Positions 19,265-29,137 are shown, counted from the first letter of the stretch. The stretch is DNA of 45,573 nt from Oscillospiraceae bacterium (GCA_017477695.1 JAFUUR010000071.1:1-45573), one strand, 5' to 3'. Notes: a model not told the origin generated them from the letters alone. A program made the numbers and translations.

Positions 19265-21157
19265 TTATCCGCGGTACACGGTCTGATTGAGCGCGTACTG
19301 CGCCCAGGTCATCCGGCGGCAGAGCTCCTGCTGCGCGGCATCAAGGGCGGTGACGAGCCGCCCGTCGACGAGATAGAAGCCCGTCGTGTTGATGACGGGG
19401 ACCTCGTCGCGCACCTCGCGCGTGAGCTGCATGAAGGCGCTGCCCTCCCAGCCGAGCTTGTCGAATACGACGGAAAGCAGGAAGCAGGGGCTCACGGTCG
19501 GGCCCTCGCCGATGAAATCATCGCCGAGGAGCGCCTTCGCCGCGTCGTTGGCCCAGATGAGGTAGCGAGTGGAATAGTAATTGAGACAGCCTGTCAGGGT
19601 GCTGAGATCCACGTCGATCCCCGCCTCGCCGAAGAAGTCGCCCCCCTCGGTAAAATGCGGCTTGTGGTCGCCGTAGGCGAGCAGGACGACGGGCTCGTCC
19701 AGGCCGCGCAGCTCGTCGAGCGCAGCGGCAAGCCTCTCCTGGGTGTCGACTACGCCGCGCAGATAGTCGTTGACCTGGTTGCGCACCTTGTCCGAACAGC
19801 CCTCGGCCTGCCAGTAGAGATAGCCGTCGTAGGCGTCCGCGGGGTGCGGGCCATGGCCCTGCGTGGTGACCGTGAAGGAGAAGACGTTTTCTCCCCGCGC
19901 CGCGTGCTCGCGATACTGCGCGAGGACGTCCGGGAAGACGAAGCGGTCGGACATCCATTCGTTTTCCAGCGTGCTCACGTCGGCCTCGTAGTGGTTCTCA
20001 CGGTACCAGAATTCCTCGAAGCCGAGGTGGCCGTTGACGCCGATGCGCGAATAGAAGGTGCCGAAGTGCGGGTGGCTGGCCAGAGCGGTGTAGCCCTGGC
20101 GGCGCAGATACCGCACGTAGGACTCCACGTCGCGGTGGTACTCGAAGAGCTCGGAGCTGCCCGTGAGGAAGCAGCGCTCCGTGTTGATCGTGCCGCCGCC
20201 CATCACGTTCGTGACGAGGGTGCCGGTGTAGCTCTCCTCCTCCAGCGCGTGATAGAGATCGTAGGTATGCTCGTCCAGCCCCTCGAGCCCGAGCAGGGAC
20301 ATGTCGCAGAACGACTCCAACTGAAAGACCAGCAGGTCGACCCGCCGGTCGTCCGGGATCGCGGCATCCGTATAGGCGGAGAGGATCTCCGCGGCCTCTT
20401 TTTTATCGTAACCGTCCGGCGGATAGCCGGCGCTCGTCACGATGCTGTGCAGGAACGGATAGACGGAGCCCTTCGAGACGAAGGTGATCTCCGTCCAGGC
20501 TTTGGCGAAGATATGCTCGTCCGAGACGGCCTTCTGCTCATAGAACTCATGGTCGGAGTAAACGGTGAACCAGAGCCCCGCGGCCGCGGCGAGCGCGCAT
20601 ACGCAGGCCGTGACGCGCAGCGGCTTTGCCGGCCGGCCGCGCACGAGCAGCGCCAGCAGCAGGAGCCCCAGGGGCAGCGCGGCCAGCGCAATCAGCACGC
20701 GCACGTTCGGCGTTAGGTCGTATTTGCCTGCGACGCTGAGCCCGGCCCGGATCGAGCCGATATCGGAAAACATCAGCGGCTCCGAGCGAAAGCGCTGCTT
20801 GTAGAAGCTGCCGATCGAGGGCAGGACGACGAAAAGCCAACCGAGCAGATACGAGAGCCATTGCCGCCCCGTGAGCCCGTAGCAGAACAGCAGGAGCAGC
20901 AGCACCGGGATCCAGTTGAGATAGAAGATCAGCGGATGCCGGAAGTAATCGAAGAAAAGCTCGATATCCATCATGCCGAGGCCGAGGAACAGACTCAGCA
21001 CGCACAAGACGACCGAGGCCGCCAGCAGCGCCGCCAGGCTCCAGATATGGAACAGAGCACGCTGCGTGCGGGACGTCAGATCCCGCGCGTACCGGGCGCG
21101 GAGAAAGGCAACGGGACCGATAGGGGCAGATATGGTTTTGGCAGAAGAATTCTTCAT
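19265..21157 (-). CDS. LtaS/sulfatase-family membrane (phospho)transferase, paralog C
   Basis: Same architecture as A. Motifs are VFQLESFCD, GGTINTERCF and YGDHKPH. It is closest to paralog D. Confidence 0.85.
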   Translation of the reverse strand: MKNSSAKTISAPIGPVAFLRARYARDLTSRTQRALFHIWSLAALLAASVVLCVLSLFLGLGMMDIELFFDYFRHPLIFYLNWIPVLLLLLFCYGLTGRQWLSYLLGWLFVVLPSIGSFYKQRFRSEPLMFSDIGSIRAGLSVAGKYDLTPNVRVLIALAALPLGLLLLALLVRGRPAKPLRVTACVCALAAAAGLWFTVYSDHEFYEQKAVSDEHIFAKAWTEITFVSKGSVYPFLHSIVTSAGYPPDGYDKKEAAEILSAYTDAAIPDDRRVDLLVFQLESFCDMSLLGLEGLDEHTYDLYHALEEESYTGTLVTNVMGGGTINTERCFLTGSSELFEYHRDVESYVRYLRRQGYTALASHPHFGTFYSRIGVNGHLGFEEFWYRENHYEADVSTLENEWMSDRFVFPDVLAQYREHAARGENVFSFTVTTQGHGPHPADAYDGYLYWQAEGCSDKVRNQVNDYLRGVVDTQERLAAALDELRGLDEPVVLLAYGDHKPHFTEGGDFFGEAGIDVDLSTLTGCLNYYSTRYLIWANDAAKALLGDDFIGEGPTVSPCFLLSVVFDKLGWEGSAFMQLTREVRDEVPVINTTGFYLVDGRLVTALDAAQQELCRRMTWAQYALNQTVYRG

Positions 21158-21169
21158 AGACGATACGGG

Positions 21170-23038
21170 CTACTCGCTGTACACGATGCGGTTGAGGTAA
21201 TATTGTACCCACTCCATACGTCGGTAAAGCTCCTGTTGTTCGGGCGCAAGCGAGGTGAAAAGCTGCCCGTTGATGATATAGAAGCCGTTGGTGTTGATAA
21301 CGGGGATCGCATCGCGGGTCTCACGGGAGAACTGCATGTAAGCGCTGCCGTCCCAACCCATCTTGTCGAACACGAGCGACAGCAGGAAGCAGGGACTCAC
21401 GGCTGGGCCATCGCCGATGAAGTCATCGCAGAGCTGCGCCTTTGCAGCGTCGTTTGCCCAGATGAGATAGCGGGTGGAGTAATAGTTGAGACAGCCTTCC
21501 AGCGTGCTTACGTCGATATTGATCCCGGCCTCGGAGTAAAAGTCACCGCCGTTGGTAAAACGGGGCATATGATCACCGTAGACGATGACGACGACAGGCG
21601 TCTCACTGTCACGGAGCGCATCAATGGTTCGGGTGAGGTGTTCCTGCGTGTCGACTACGCCGTCCAAATAGTTGTTCACCTGATTGCGAACGGCCTTGGT
21701 GCAGCCCTCGCCGTCCCAATGCAGGACTTCACCGTCATACCTGTCCGCATAGTAAGAGCCGTGGCCCTGTGTGGTGACGGTAAAGGAGAAGACGTTCTCA
21801 CCCTGCGCCACATGCTCCTCATACTGCTCCAGCACGTCTGGGAAGACGAAGCGGTCGGACATCCATTGATTGATGAGGGTGTTTACATCAGCCTCATAGT
21901 GGTTCTCTTTGTACCAGAATTCGTCGAAGCCAAGATGCTCATTGACACCGATGCGCGAATAGAAGGTACCGACGTGCGGGTGACTGGCGAGCGTGGTATA
22001 GCCCTGCCTGTTGAAGTAGCGGACGTAGGATTCCACCGCATGCGAGTAATCGAACATCTGGAAACTGCCGGTCAGAAAGGTACGTTCCGTGTTGATCGTG
22101 CCGCCGCCCATCACGTTATCGACGAGGATCCCGGTATAGCTCTCCTCCTCCAGCGCGTGATAGAGCTCGTACGTTTCCTCATTCAGCCCCGCAAGTCCGA
22201 TCCTGGACATGTCGCAGAAGGATTCCAACTGAAAGACCATGAGGTTCACTCTGCGTTCCTCGGGGATATCGGCATCGGTATAAGCCGAGTAGATCGCTTC
22301 CGCTTCGGACGCACTGTAATTCGCCGGAGGATATCCGGCGCTTGTCGCGATGCTGTGCAGGAAAGGATAGACGGAGCCCTTTGAGATAAAGGTCAGCTCC
22401 GACCACATGAGCGCGACCATGTGATCCTCGTTGACAGCCGTATACTTGTAGAAATAGTCATCCCTGTAGATGCTGAACCACAGGGCGACCGCGGCGATGA
22501 CCGGGGCGCAAACAGAGACCAGACGGCTGCGCCGGGAGGGGCGCCCTTTTACCAACATGAAAAGCAGCAAGATCCCGACGGGCAGTGCCGCCACCGCGAG
22601 GATGATCCGCACGTTCGGGGTGAGATCATACTTGCTTGCAACGCTGAGCCCGGCCTTGATCGAACTCATGTCGGAAAATGTCAGGGGCTCCGCCCGGAAG
22701 CGCTGCTTGTAAAAGCTACCGATCGAGGGGAGGACGACAAGGATCCAGGTGAGAAGATAGGTGATCCACTTCCGCCCCGTGAGCCCGTAGCAGAACAGCG
22801 TGAGAAGCAGCACGGGAACCCAGTTGAGCAGGAAAATCAGCGGATGCCGGAAATAGTCGTAAAAGACCTCGACACTGATCATTCCAAGCCCCAGCATGAG
22901 GCTCAGGACACATATCACGAGCGAGCTCGCCAGCAAGGCGGCGGCGTTCCAAACCCAGAAGAGGTTCTTCTGGGCGCGGGACGTCAACTCGTCAGGGCGG
23001 CGCGCCGTGATGAAATTTCGCTTCCTGGCGGTCTCCAT
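21170..23038 (-). CDS. LtaS/sulfatase-family membrane (phospho)transferase, paralog D (lower GC)
   Basis: Same architecture as A. Motifs are VFQLESFCD, GGTINTERTF and YGDHMPR. I prefer the ATG at 23038 (METARK...), 2 nt after the glyQS TGA. The track start at 23044 is a TTG inside the glyQS stop region. Confidence 0.85.
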   Translation of the reverse strand: METARKRNFITARRPDELTSRAQKNLFWVWNAAALLASSLVICVLSLMLGLGMISVEVFYDYFRHPLIFLLNWVPVLLLTLFCYGLTGRKWITYLLTWILVVLPSIGSFYKQRFRAEPLTFSDMSSIKAGLSVASKYDLTPNVRIILAVAALPVGILLLFMLVKGRPSRRSRLVSVCAPVIAAVALWFSIYRDDYFYKYTAVNEDHMVALMWSELTFISKGSVYPFLHSIATSAGYPPANYSASEAEAIYSAYTDADIPEERRVNLMVFQLESFCDMSRIGLAGLNEETYELYHALEEESYTGILVDNVMGGGTINTERTFLTGSFQMFDYSHAVESYVRYFNRQGYTTLASHPHVGTFYSRIGVNEHLGFDEFWYKENHYEADVNTLINQWMSDRFVFPDVLEQYEEHVAQGENVFSFTVTTQGHGSYYADRYDGEVLHWDGEGCTKAVRNQVNNYLDGVVDTQEHLTRTIDALRDSETPVVVIVYGDHMPRFTNGGDFYSEAGINIDVSTLEGCLNYYSTRYLIWANDAAKAQLCDDFIGDGPAVSPCFLLSLVFDKMGWDGSAYMQFSRETRDAIPVINTNGFYIINGQLFTSLAPEQQELYRRMEWVQYYLNRIVYSE

Positions 23039-23040
23039 GA

Positions 23041-24477
23041 TCAAAAGCGGATGCGCTCAGCGATGTAGCTCTTGACCTCGCTGATCGGGATGCGGACCTG
23101 CTGCATACTGTCGCGCTCGCGCACGGTGACGCAGTGGTCTGCCTCGTCGGTCTCGGTGCCGACGGTGTTGAAGTCGAAGGTCACGCAGAACGGCGTGCCG
23201 ATCTCGTCCTCACGGCGGTAGCGCTTGCCGATGGAGCCGGTCTCGTCGTAATCGCACATGAAGTCCTTGCTGAGCTCGTTGTAAAGCTCCTGCGCCGGCC
23301 CGGTCAGGATCTCCTTGCGGCTGAGCGGGAGGATGGCGCACTTGAAGGGCGCGAGCGCGGGATGCAGATGCAGCACGGTGCGCACATCGTCGTTGCCCTT
23401 CTTGTCCTGGCCGACGACCTCCTCGTCGTACGCGTCGCACAGGACGGAGAGCACGGTGCGCTCGACGCCGAGCGAGGGCTCGATGACGTAGGGGATATAG
23501 TGTTCGTTCTTCTCCTGGTCGTAATAGGTCAGATCCTGGCCGGAGACCTCCTGATGGCGGCTCAGGTCGTAATTGGTGCGGTCGGCCACGCCCCAGAGCT
23601 CGCCCCAACCGAAGGGGAACAGGTACTCAAAGTTCGTGGTGGCCTTGGAGTAGAAGGCCAGCTTGTCCTTCTCGTGGTCGCGCAGGCGGAGGTTTTCCTC
23701 CTTCAGGCCGATGGACAGCAGAAAGTCCCGGCAGAAGCCGCGCCAATAGTCGAACCACTCCAGATCGGTGTCCGGCTCACAGAAGAACTCCAGCTCCATC
23801 TGCTCGAACTCACGCACGCGGAAGATGAAGTTGCCCGGGGTGATCTCGTTGCGGAAGCTCTTGCCGATCTGCGCGATGCCGAAGGGCAGCTTGCGGCGCG
23901 TGGTGCGCTGGACGTTGACGAAGTTCGTGAAGATGCCCTGCGCGGTCTCGGGGCGCAGATAGACGGTGTTCTTCGCGTCCTCGGTGACGCCCTGGAAGGT
24001 CTTGAACATGAGGTTGAACTGACGGATATCGGTAAAATTGTGCTTGCCGCAGCTCGGGCAGGGGATGTTGTGCTCCTCGACGAAGTCCTTCATCTCCGCC
24101 TGGGAATAGGCGTCGATGGGGCGGGGAAGCTCAAAGCCCGCGTCCTTGCACCAGTCCTCGATGATCTTGTCGGCGCGGAAGCGCTCGTGGCACTCGCGGC
24201 AGTCCATCAGCGGATCGGAGAAGCCGCCGAGGTGGCCGGAGGCGACCCAGGTCTGCGGGTTCATGAGGATGGCGGCGTCGAGACCGACGTTGTAGCGGTT
24301 CTCCTGCACGAACTTCTTCCACCAGGCGCGCTTGACGTTGTTCTTCAGCTCAACGCCGAGGGGACCGTAGTCCCAGGTGTTGGCGAGGCCGCCGTAGATC
24401 TCGGAGCCGGCAAAGATGTAGCCGCGGTTCTTGCACAGGGCGACGATCTTGTCCATGGTTTTTTCTGTGTTTTTCAT
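23041..24477 (-). CDS. glyQS: Glycine--tRNA ligase (single-chain class II GlyQS type)
   Basis: [31 protein letters not shown] plus class II core and anticodon-binding regions. The start is either 24483 or 24477 (ATGCAAATG). GGAAAGGAA spacing favours 24477. Confidence 0.92.
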   Translation of the reverse strand: MKNTEKTMDKIVALCKNRGYIFAGSEIYGGLANTWDYGPLGVELKNNVKRAWWKKFVQENRYNVGLDAAILMNPQTWVASGHLGGFSDPLMDCRECHERFRADKIIEDWCKDAGFELPRPIDAYSQAEMKDFVEEHNIPCPSCGKHNFTDIRQFNLMFKTFQGVTEDAKNTVYLRPETAQGIFTNFVNVQRTTRRKLPFGIAQIGKSFRNEITPGNFIFRVREFEQMELEFFCEPDTDLEWFDYWRGFCRDFLLSIGLKEENLRLRDHEKDKLAFYSKATTNFEYLFPFGWGELWGVADRTNYDLSRHQEVSGQDLTYYDQEKNEHYIPYVIEPSLGVERTVLSVLCDAYDEEVVGQDKKGNDDVRTVLHLHPALAPFKCAILPLSRKEILTGPAQELYNELSKDFMCDYDETGSIGKRYRREDEIGTPFCVTFDFNTVGTETDEADHCVTVRERDSMQQVRIPISEVKSYIAERIRF

Positions 24478-24530
24478 TTGCATTCCTTTCCTGAGGCTGG
24501 CTGCCGCAGAGATAAATTTTTGAACAATTC

Positions 24531-24559
24531 AATATAACACGATTTTCCGGTCTTATCAA
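24531..24559 (-). promoter_or_regulatory. glyQS promoter
   Basis: The minus strand has TTGATA, a 17-nt spacer (ending cgTGt), then TATATT. This gives a leader of only about 50 nt. Confidence 0.6.
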
Positions 24560-24714
24560 TAAAAAATAAAGTCTTGTCAAATACTAACCAAGTCCGGCGC
24601 GCCCGCACGGCGGAAAATCCTTCAGAATTCATAAATCGGAGAAAATTTTTCTTCCCTCTGTCGAAGAATGGTGTATAATAGGTTACATAATATACAGAGC
24701 ATACGAGGCGCGGG

Positions 24715-26178
24715 ATGAAGAAACTGTTGGCAAACCTGGATAAAGAAAAGCTGCGCAGGAACCTGCGGCTGGCAGGACTGATCGTGGCCGCCTACGTGCT
24801 GGTCGTCCTGATGGTGCTGGTCGCGACGGACGCGCGGCACGTGCGCTTTTACCTCGTCGACGGGCCGGAGATCTCGACCGCCTACGGAAAGCCCTTTACG
24901 GATCCGGGGCGCTATGCCGTCAGCACGGGGCGCATCACCGGCGAGGGAGAGAAGGAGCTGCCGGTCGAGACCACCGGCGAGGTGGACACTTCCGTGCTTG
25001 GCACCTACGAGCTGCAGTATACCACGCGCTACCACCTGCGCAGCTACACCGTCACGCGCGTCGTGCACGTGGAGGATCTCACACCGCCGGAGATCACGCT
25101 GGAATACCGCGAGGATTACGAGCCGAGCTGGTTCACCGGCTATGACGAGGAAGGCTACACCGCGTCGGACGACTATGACGGCGACGTGACGGCGCGCGTG
25201 GAGTCCGTCCTGCTGGAGGACCGCGTGGAGTACACCGTGTCCGACGCCGCCGGAAACGTGACCACGGTGGAGCGGCCGCTGCACTATACCGTTACCCGGC
25301 CGGAGATCACGCTCGAGGGCGGGGAGGAAGTGGAGATCCCGGCGGATCTGACCTTTACCGATCCCGGTTATTCCGCGACCGACAGCCTGGGCAACGACCT
25401 GACGAAGTACGTAAAGGTGGAGGGCGAGGTCATCCCCTATAAGATCGGCAGCTACGAGCGCAGCTACTCCATCTCGAACGAGCTGGGCGAGACGGTGAGC
25501 GTCATGCGCACCGTGAACGTCACGCCCGCAAAGCTGCCGGAGATCGTCCAGCCGGAGGGGCGCGTCATCTACCTGACCTTTGACGACGGCCCGGGCCCCT
25601 ACACGGCGCGGCTGCTGGACATCCTGGCCAAGTATGACGTGAAGGCCACCTTCTTCGTCACCTGCCTCAACCCCGATTACGCCTACCTGGTCGGCCGGGC
25701 CTATTCGGAGGGGCACAGCATCGGCGTGCACAGCGCCACGCACAATTACTACACGATCTACGCGAGCGAGCAGGCCTTTATCGACGACTTCAACGAGGCC
25801 GAGGCCATGATCTACGAGCAGACCGGGAGCTATACGCGCCTGTTCCGTTTCCCGGGCGGCAGCTCCAACACGGTCAGCAGCTTCAACCCCGGGATCATGA
25901 CGCGCCTGGTGAAGCTCATGACGGAGGCGGGCTACGTCTTCTTCGACTGGAACGTGACCAGCGGCGACGCGGGCGAGACCACCAAGACCAGCGTCGTGCT
26001 CGACAACGTCGTGGGCGGCTGCTCCGGGCTTTGGACCTCGGTCGTGCTGCAGCACGATATCAAGGACTTCAGCGTGGCCGCGGTGGAGCGCATCATCTCC
26101 TGGGGCCTGCGCAACGGCTACACCTTCCTCCCGCTCGACATGACCAGCCCCAACGCCCATCACGGCACCAACAATTGA
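24715..26178 (+). CDS. Membrane-anchored polysaccharide deacetylase (Ig-like/DUF5011-type repeats plus NodB domain)
   Basis: It has an N-terminal TM segment (LAGLIVAAYVLVVLMVLV). NodB motifs are LTFDDGPGPYT, GVHSATH and RFPGGS. Confidence 0.85.
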   Translation: MKKLLANLDKEKLRRNLRLAGLIVAAYVLVVLMVLVATDARHVRFYLVDGPEISTAYGKPFTDPGRYAVSTGRITGEGEKELPVETTGEVDTSVLGTYELQYTTRYHLRSYTVTRVVHVEDLTPPEITLEYREDYEPSWFTGYDEEGYTASDDYDGDVTARVESVLLEDRVEYTVSDAAGNVTTVERPLHYTVTRPEITLEGGEEVEIPADLTFTDPGYSATDSLGNDLTKYVKVEGEVIPYKIGSYERSYSISNELGETVSVMRTVNVTPAKLPEIVQPEGRVIYLTFDDGPGPYTARLLDILAKYDVKATFFVTCLNPDYAYLVGRAYSEGHSIGVHSATHNYYTIYASEQAFIDDFNEAEAMIYEQTGSYTRLFRFPGGSSNTVSSFNPGIMTRLVKLMTEAGYVFFDWNVTSGDAGETTKTSVVLDNVVGGCSGLWTSVVLQHDIKDFSVAAVERIISWGLRNGYTFLPLDMTSPNAHHGTNN

Positions 26179-26262
26179 ACGCAAAATGGTTGCCATAATT
26201 TTTGGATGTACAGCCTCTGCCGCGCCCCGGCGCGCGCGGACAGCGGCGGAAAGGAGCCTCCC

Positions 26263-27030
26263 ATGATTCTGGCCATCGACGTCGGCAACACCAATATCGT
26301 GCTCGGCTGCATAGACGATGAGAAGATCATCAACATCGTCCGCCTGCATACCGACCTGCACGCGACCTCCGCGGAATACGCCATCCGCATCCGCCAGATC
26401 CTCGACCTCTATGAGATCGACGGGGGCGGCTTTTCCGGGGCGATCCTCTCCTCCGTCGTGCCGCCCGTCACCGGGACGCTGACCGCCGCGATCAAGAAGG
26501 TCACGGGGCTGGACTGCATGGTGGTGGGCCCCGGCATGAAGACGGGCATGAACGTGCGCATCGACGACCCGGGCACGCTCGCGGCGGATCTCGTCGTGGC
26601 GAGCGTGGCGGCGATCACGTATTACGGCGCGCCGGCCATCGTGCTGGACATGGGAACGGCCAATACCATGGTCGTTATCGATAAAAACGGGGCCTACCGC
26701 GGCGGCGCCATCACGCCGGGCGTGAAGCTCTCTTACGAGGCGCTGGCCTCCGCGGCGAGCCTCCTGCCGGATATCTCGCTGGGCGCGCCGAAGAAGGTCA
26801 TCGGCACCAACACCGTGGATGCGATGCGCTCCGGCGCCATCTTCAGCACGGCCGGCGCGATCGACTCCATGGTCGACCGGATGGAGGAGGAGCTGGGGTA
26901 TCCCTGCAACCTCGTCGCGACGGGAGGGCTCGCGCGCTTCATCACGCCTTACTGCAGACGAGCTTTCGTGTGTGACAACGACCTGCTGCTCAAGGGCCTC
27001 TGGGTGCTCTACCGCAAGAATCTGAAATGA
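26263..27030 (+). CDS. coaX: Type III pantothenate kinase
   Basis: MILAIDVGNTNIVLG follows AAGGAG, and the fold is ASKHA-like. The track start at 26206 adds a non-coding-looking extension. Confidence 0.9.
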   Translation: MILAIDVGNTNIVLGCIDDEKIINIVRLHTDLHATSAEYAIRIRQILDLYEIDGGGFSGAILSSVVPPVTGTLTAAIKKVTGLDCMVVGPGMKTGMNVRIDDPGTLAADLVVASVAAITYYGAPAIVLDMGTANTMVVIDKNGAYRGGAITPGVKLSYEALASAASLLPDISLGAPKKVIGTNTVDAMRSGAIFSTAGAIDSMVDRMEEELGYPCNLVATGGLARFITPYCRRAFVCDNDLLLKGLWVLYRKNLK

Positions 27031-27044
27031 ATGCGTGAAGACAG

Positions 27045-27079
27045 GCTGCCGCCGTGCGGGTGCACGGCGGCAGCTTTTT
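27045..27079 (+). terminator. Rho-independent terminator after coaX
   Basis: GCTGCCGCCGTGC-gggt-GCACGGCGGCAGC-TTTTT. Confidence 0.88.
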
Positions 27080-27120
27080 GCGCTCGGTGAAAAATAATTT
27101 CTTAATTTTTAAAAAGGCTC

Positions 27121-27149
27121 TTGCATAATTTACGAAGTTGACATATAAT
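27121..27149 (+). promoter_or_regulatory. Promoter of the LysM protein gene
   Basis: TTGCAT, a 17-nt spacer, then TATAAT. Confidence 0.65.
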
Positions 27150-27228
27150 GCAACCAAGCTGTTACTTTTCGAGGCAGAAAATGTAAACATTTTGAAACCA
27201 CTTTCGCTTCACACGGGAGGATCTAGAG

Positions 27229-28257
27229 ATGAAAAAACGGATAGTCAGCCTGCTGCTCAGCCTTTGCCTGGTCTTTGCGCTGTTCTGCGGCATGTCTGTG
27301 AACGCCTTTGCGGACGGCACGGTCGAGTACACGCTGAAGGCGGGGGAGACCGTATTCGGCGTCTGCCAGAAGCTGGGCATAGATTTCTACGCCAACCAGG
27401 CCTGGATCATGCAGACCAATAACATCGCGAGCTTCAATAACCTCAAAGCCGGCACGAAGCTGACGCTGCCCGCGGCCGGTACCGCGGCGACGGCGGCCGC
27501 GGCGGGCGGTACGGCCACCATGTCCACCGGCGACCCGGTGAACTACTACCTCGTCGAGCACGTGATGGCCGCCGGAGAGACGGTCTATACCGTCTGCAAG
27601 CAGCTCGGCATCGACTTTGCCGCCAACTCCGACAAGATCAAGGCCATCAACGGCATCAGCAATTATAACGCCGTCAAGGTCGGGGCGACCGTCGTCCTGC
27701 CCTCCACCACCGCGCCCACGTCCGGCACCTACACCCAGGTCGTCGCGCACAAGGTCGTCGCGGGCGATACTGTCGGCGCGCTCTGCCGCACCTACGGCGT
27801 CGACTACGCCTCCAGCGCGGAGACCATCAAGGCCCTGAGCGGCATCACGAACCTCGGCGCCATCCGTGCGGGCCAGACCATTTACCTGCCCGTGAAGGCG
27901 GGCACCGCAGCCACCACCACGAGCAGCTCGGGCACGGGCAGTTCCGCGGGCAGCGGCTCGGGCGCCAGCTCCGGCGGCACGGCCGCCGCCCCGGTGAACA
28001 CCACGCCGGAAGCCGGTGCTTTCAACGTGCACACCTCCTCCAACGGCGTGTTCAATCTGCAGGTCAACGGCCAGATCGTCAACAGCGCCAAGGCCGGTGA
28101 GAAGGTGACCGTCGTCGTCGTACCCGACCAGGGCTACAAGGTCAACGACATCGTTATCTACAAGACCTCCACCAGCGAGCGCGTCACCGTCAGCAACAAC
28201 ACCTTCACCATGCCGGATCACGACATCACCATCTACGTGACTTTCCGCGCCGGCTGA
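27229..28257 (+). CDS. Secreted LysM-repeat protein with a C-terminal beta-rich domain
   Basis: It has a signal peptide. There are four LysM-like repeats (Y.V..GET/DTV..VC...G.D......I...N.I.....(K/R)(A/V)G..(L/V/I).LP). A Gly/Ser linker follows, then a C-terminal domain ending NTFTMPDHDITIYVTF. Confidence 0.85.
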   Translation: MKKRIVSLLLSLCLVFALFCGMSVNAFADGTVEYTLKAGETVFGVCQKLGIDFYANQAWIMQTNNIASFNNLKAGTKLTLPAAGTAATAAAAGGTATMSTGDPVNYYLVEHVMAAGETVYTVCKQLGIDFAANSDKIKAINGISNYNAVKVGATVVLPSTTAPTSGTYTQVVAHKVVAGDTVGALCRTYGVDYASSAETIKALSGITNLGAIRAGQTIYLPVKAGTAATTTSSSGTGSSAGSGSGASSGGTAAAPVNTTPEAGAFNVHTSSNGVFNLQVNGQIVNSAKAGEKVTVVVVPDQGYKVNDIVIYKTSTSERVTVSNNTFTMPDHDITIYVTFRAG

Positions 28258-28275
28258 TCGAGCATCGAGCGACAA

Positions 28276-28302
28276 AGCACCCGAACTTTTCGGGTGCTTT
28301 TT
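28276..28302 (+). terminator. Rho-independent terminator after the LysM gene
   Basis: AGCACCCG-aactttt-CGGGTGCT-TTTT. Confidence 0.85.
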
Positions 28303-28393
28303 GCTTTTCTGCTTGCATTTTTGCGCGGCGTATGGAAAAATGGAAGCGAGAGACAGCCGGCATGGAGCCGGCGAAGAAAGAGAGGGCGTTCCT

Positions 28394-29113
28394 ATGAACT
28401 TGCTGCTGATCGCGGCCGCGGTCGTCCCGGCGGCCTTTCTGATGCTGCGGGTCTACCAGGCGGACAAGCTGGAGCGGGAGCCGGCCGATCTGCTCTGGTC
28501 CCTGGTGATCCTGGGCGTGGCGTCCACGTCGCTGGCCTCCTTCACCGAGCAGCTTGGAGATATCCTGCTGTCCTGGTTCGTGCCGGACGAGAGCCTGCCT
28601 TATAATATCGTGATGTATTTCGTCATCGTGGCGCTGTCCGAGGAGGGCTTCAAGTATCTGCTGCTGAAAAAGCGCACCTGGCGTTCGCCGCATTTCAACT
28701 GCCGCTTTGACGGCGTGGTCTACGCGGTGTTCATCTCCCTGGGCTTCGCCCTGTGGGAGAACATCAGCTACGTCCTCAGCTACGGCTTCGGCGTGGCGGT
28801 CGCCCGCGCGCTGACGGCCGTGCCCGGCCACGCCTGCTTCGGCGTGTTCATGGGCACCTGGTACGGCGTCGCCAAGCGCTATGAGCTCGCGGGCATGCCG
28901 GAGGAGTCCCGCCGCGCGCGGCGCATGGCGCTGCTGCTGCCCACGCTGCTGCACGGCGCGTACGACTTTATCGCCGCCATCCAGGAGGAGGCGTTGGGGA
29001 TGGTCTTCGTCGTGTTCATCGCAGCGCTCTTCATCGTCTCGCTGCGCCTGGTGAGAAAGCAGGCGCGGGAGGACGAGTACCTCTATGAAGACCCGGTGGA
29101 CATGGACCTCTGA
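28394..29113 (+). CDS. PrsW-family intramembrane glutamic/metallo-protease
   Basis: It starts at MNLLLIAAAVVPAAF after AGAGAGGG. It is polytopic, with the family motifs SEEGFKYLLL and LLHGAYDF. Confidence 0.85.
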   Translation: MNLLLIAAAVVPAAFLMLRVYQADKLEREPADLLWSLVILGVASTSLASFTEQLGDILLSWFVPDESLPYNIVMYFVIVALSEEGFKYLLLKKRTWRSPHFNCRFDGVVYAVFISLGFALWENISYVLSYGFGVAVARALTAVPGHACFGVFMGTWYGVAKRYELAGMPEESRRARRMALLLPTLLHGAYDFIAAIQEEALGMVFVVFIAALFIVSLRLVRKQAREDEYLYEDPVDMDL

Positions 29114-29137
29114 AACAGAAAAGGATAATGAAACGAT

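Noticed and set aside
21170-23044. The track start (TTG at 23044, MIMETARK) for LtaS-like paralog D.
   Set aside because: This TTG overlaps the glyQS stop codon. The ATG at 23038 two codons downstream is the more conventional start. The difference is 2 aa and does not affect the call.
24484-24714. A T-box riboswitch upstream of glyQS.
   Set aside because: I looked for it because it is expected in Firmicutes. The conserved T-box sequence and terminator/antiterminator are not visible on the glyQS strand, and the best promoter leaves only a leader of about 50 nt.
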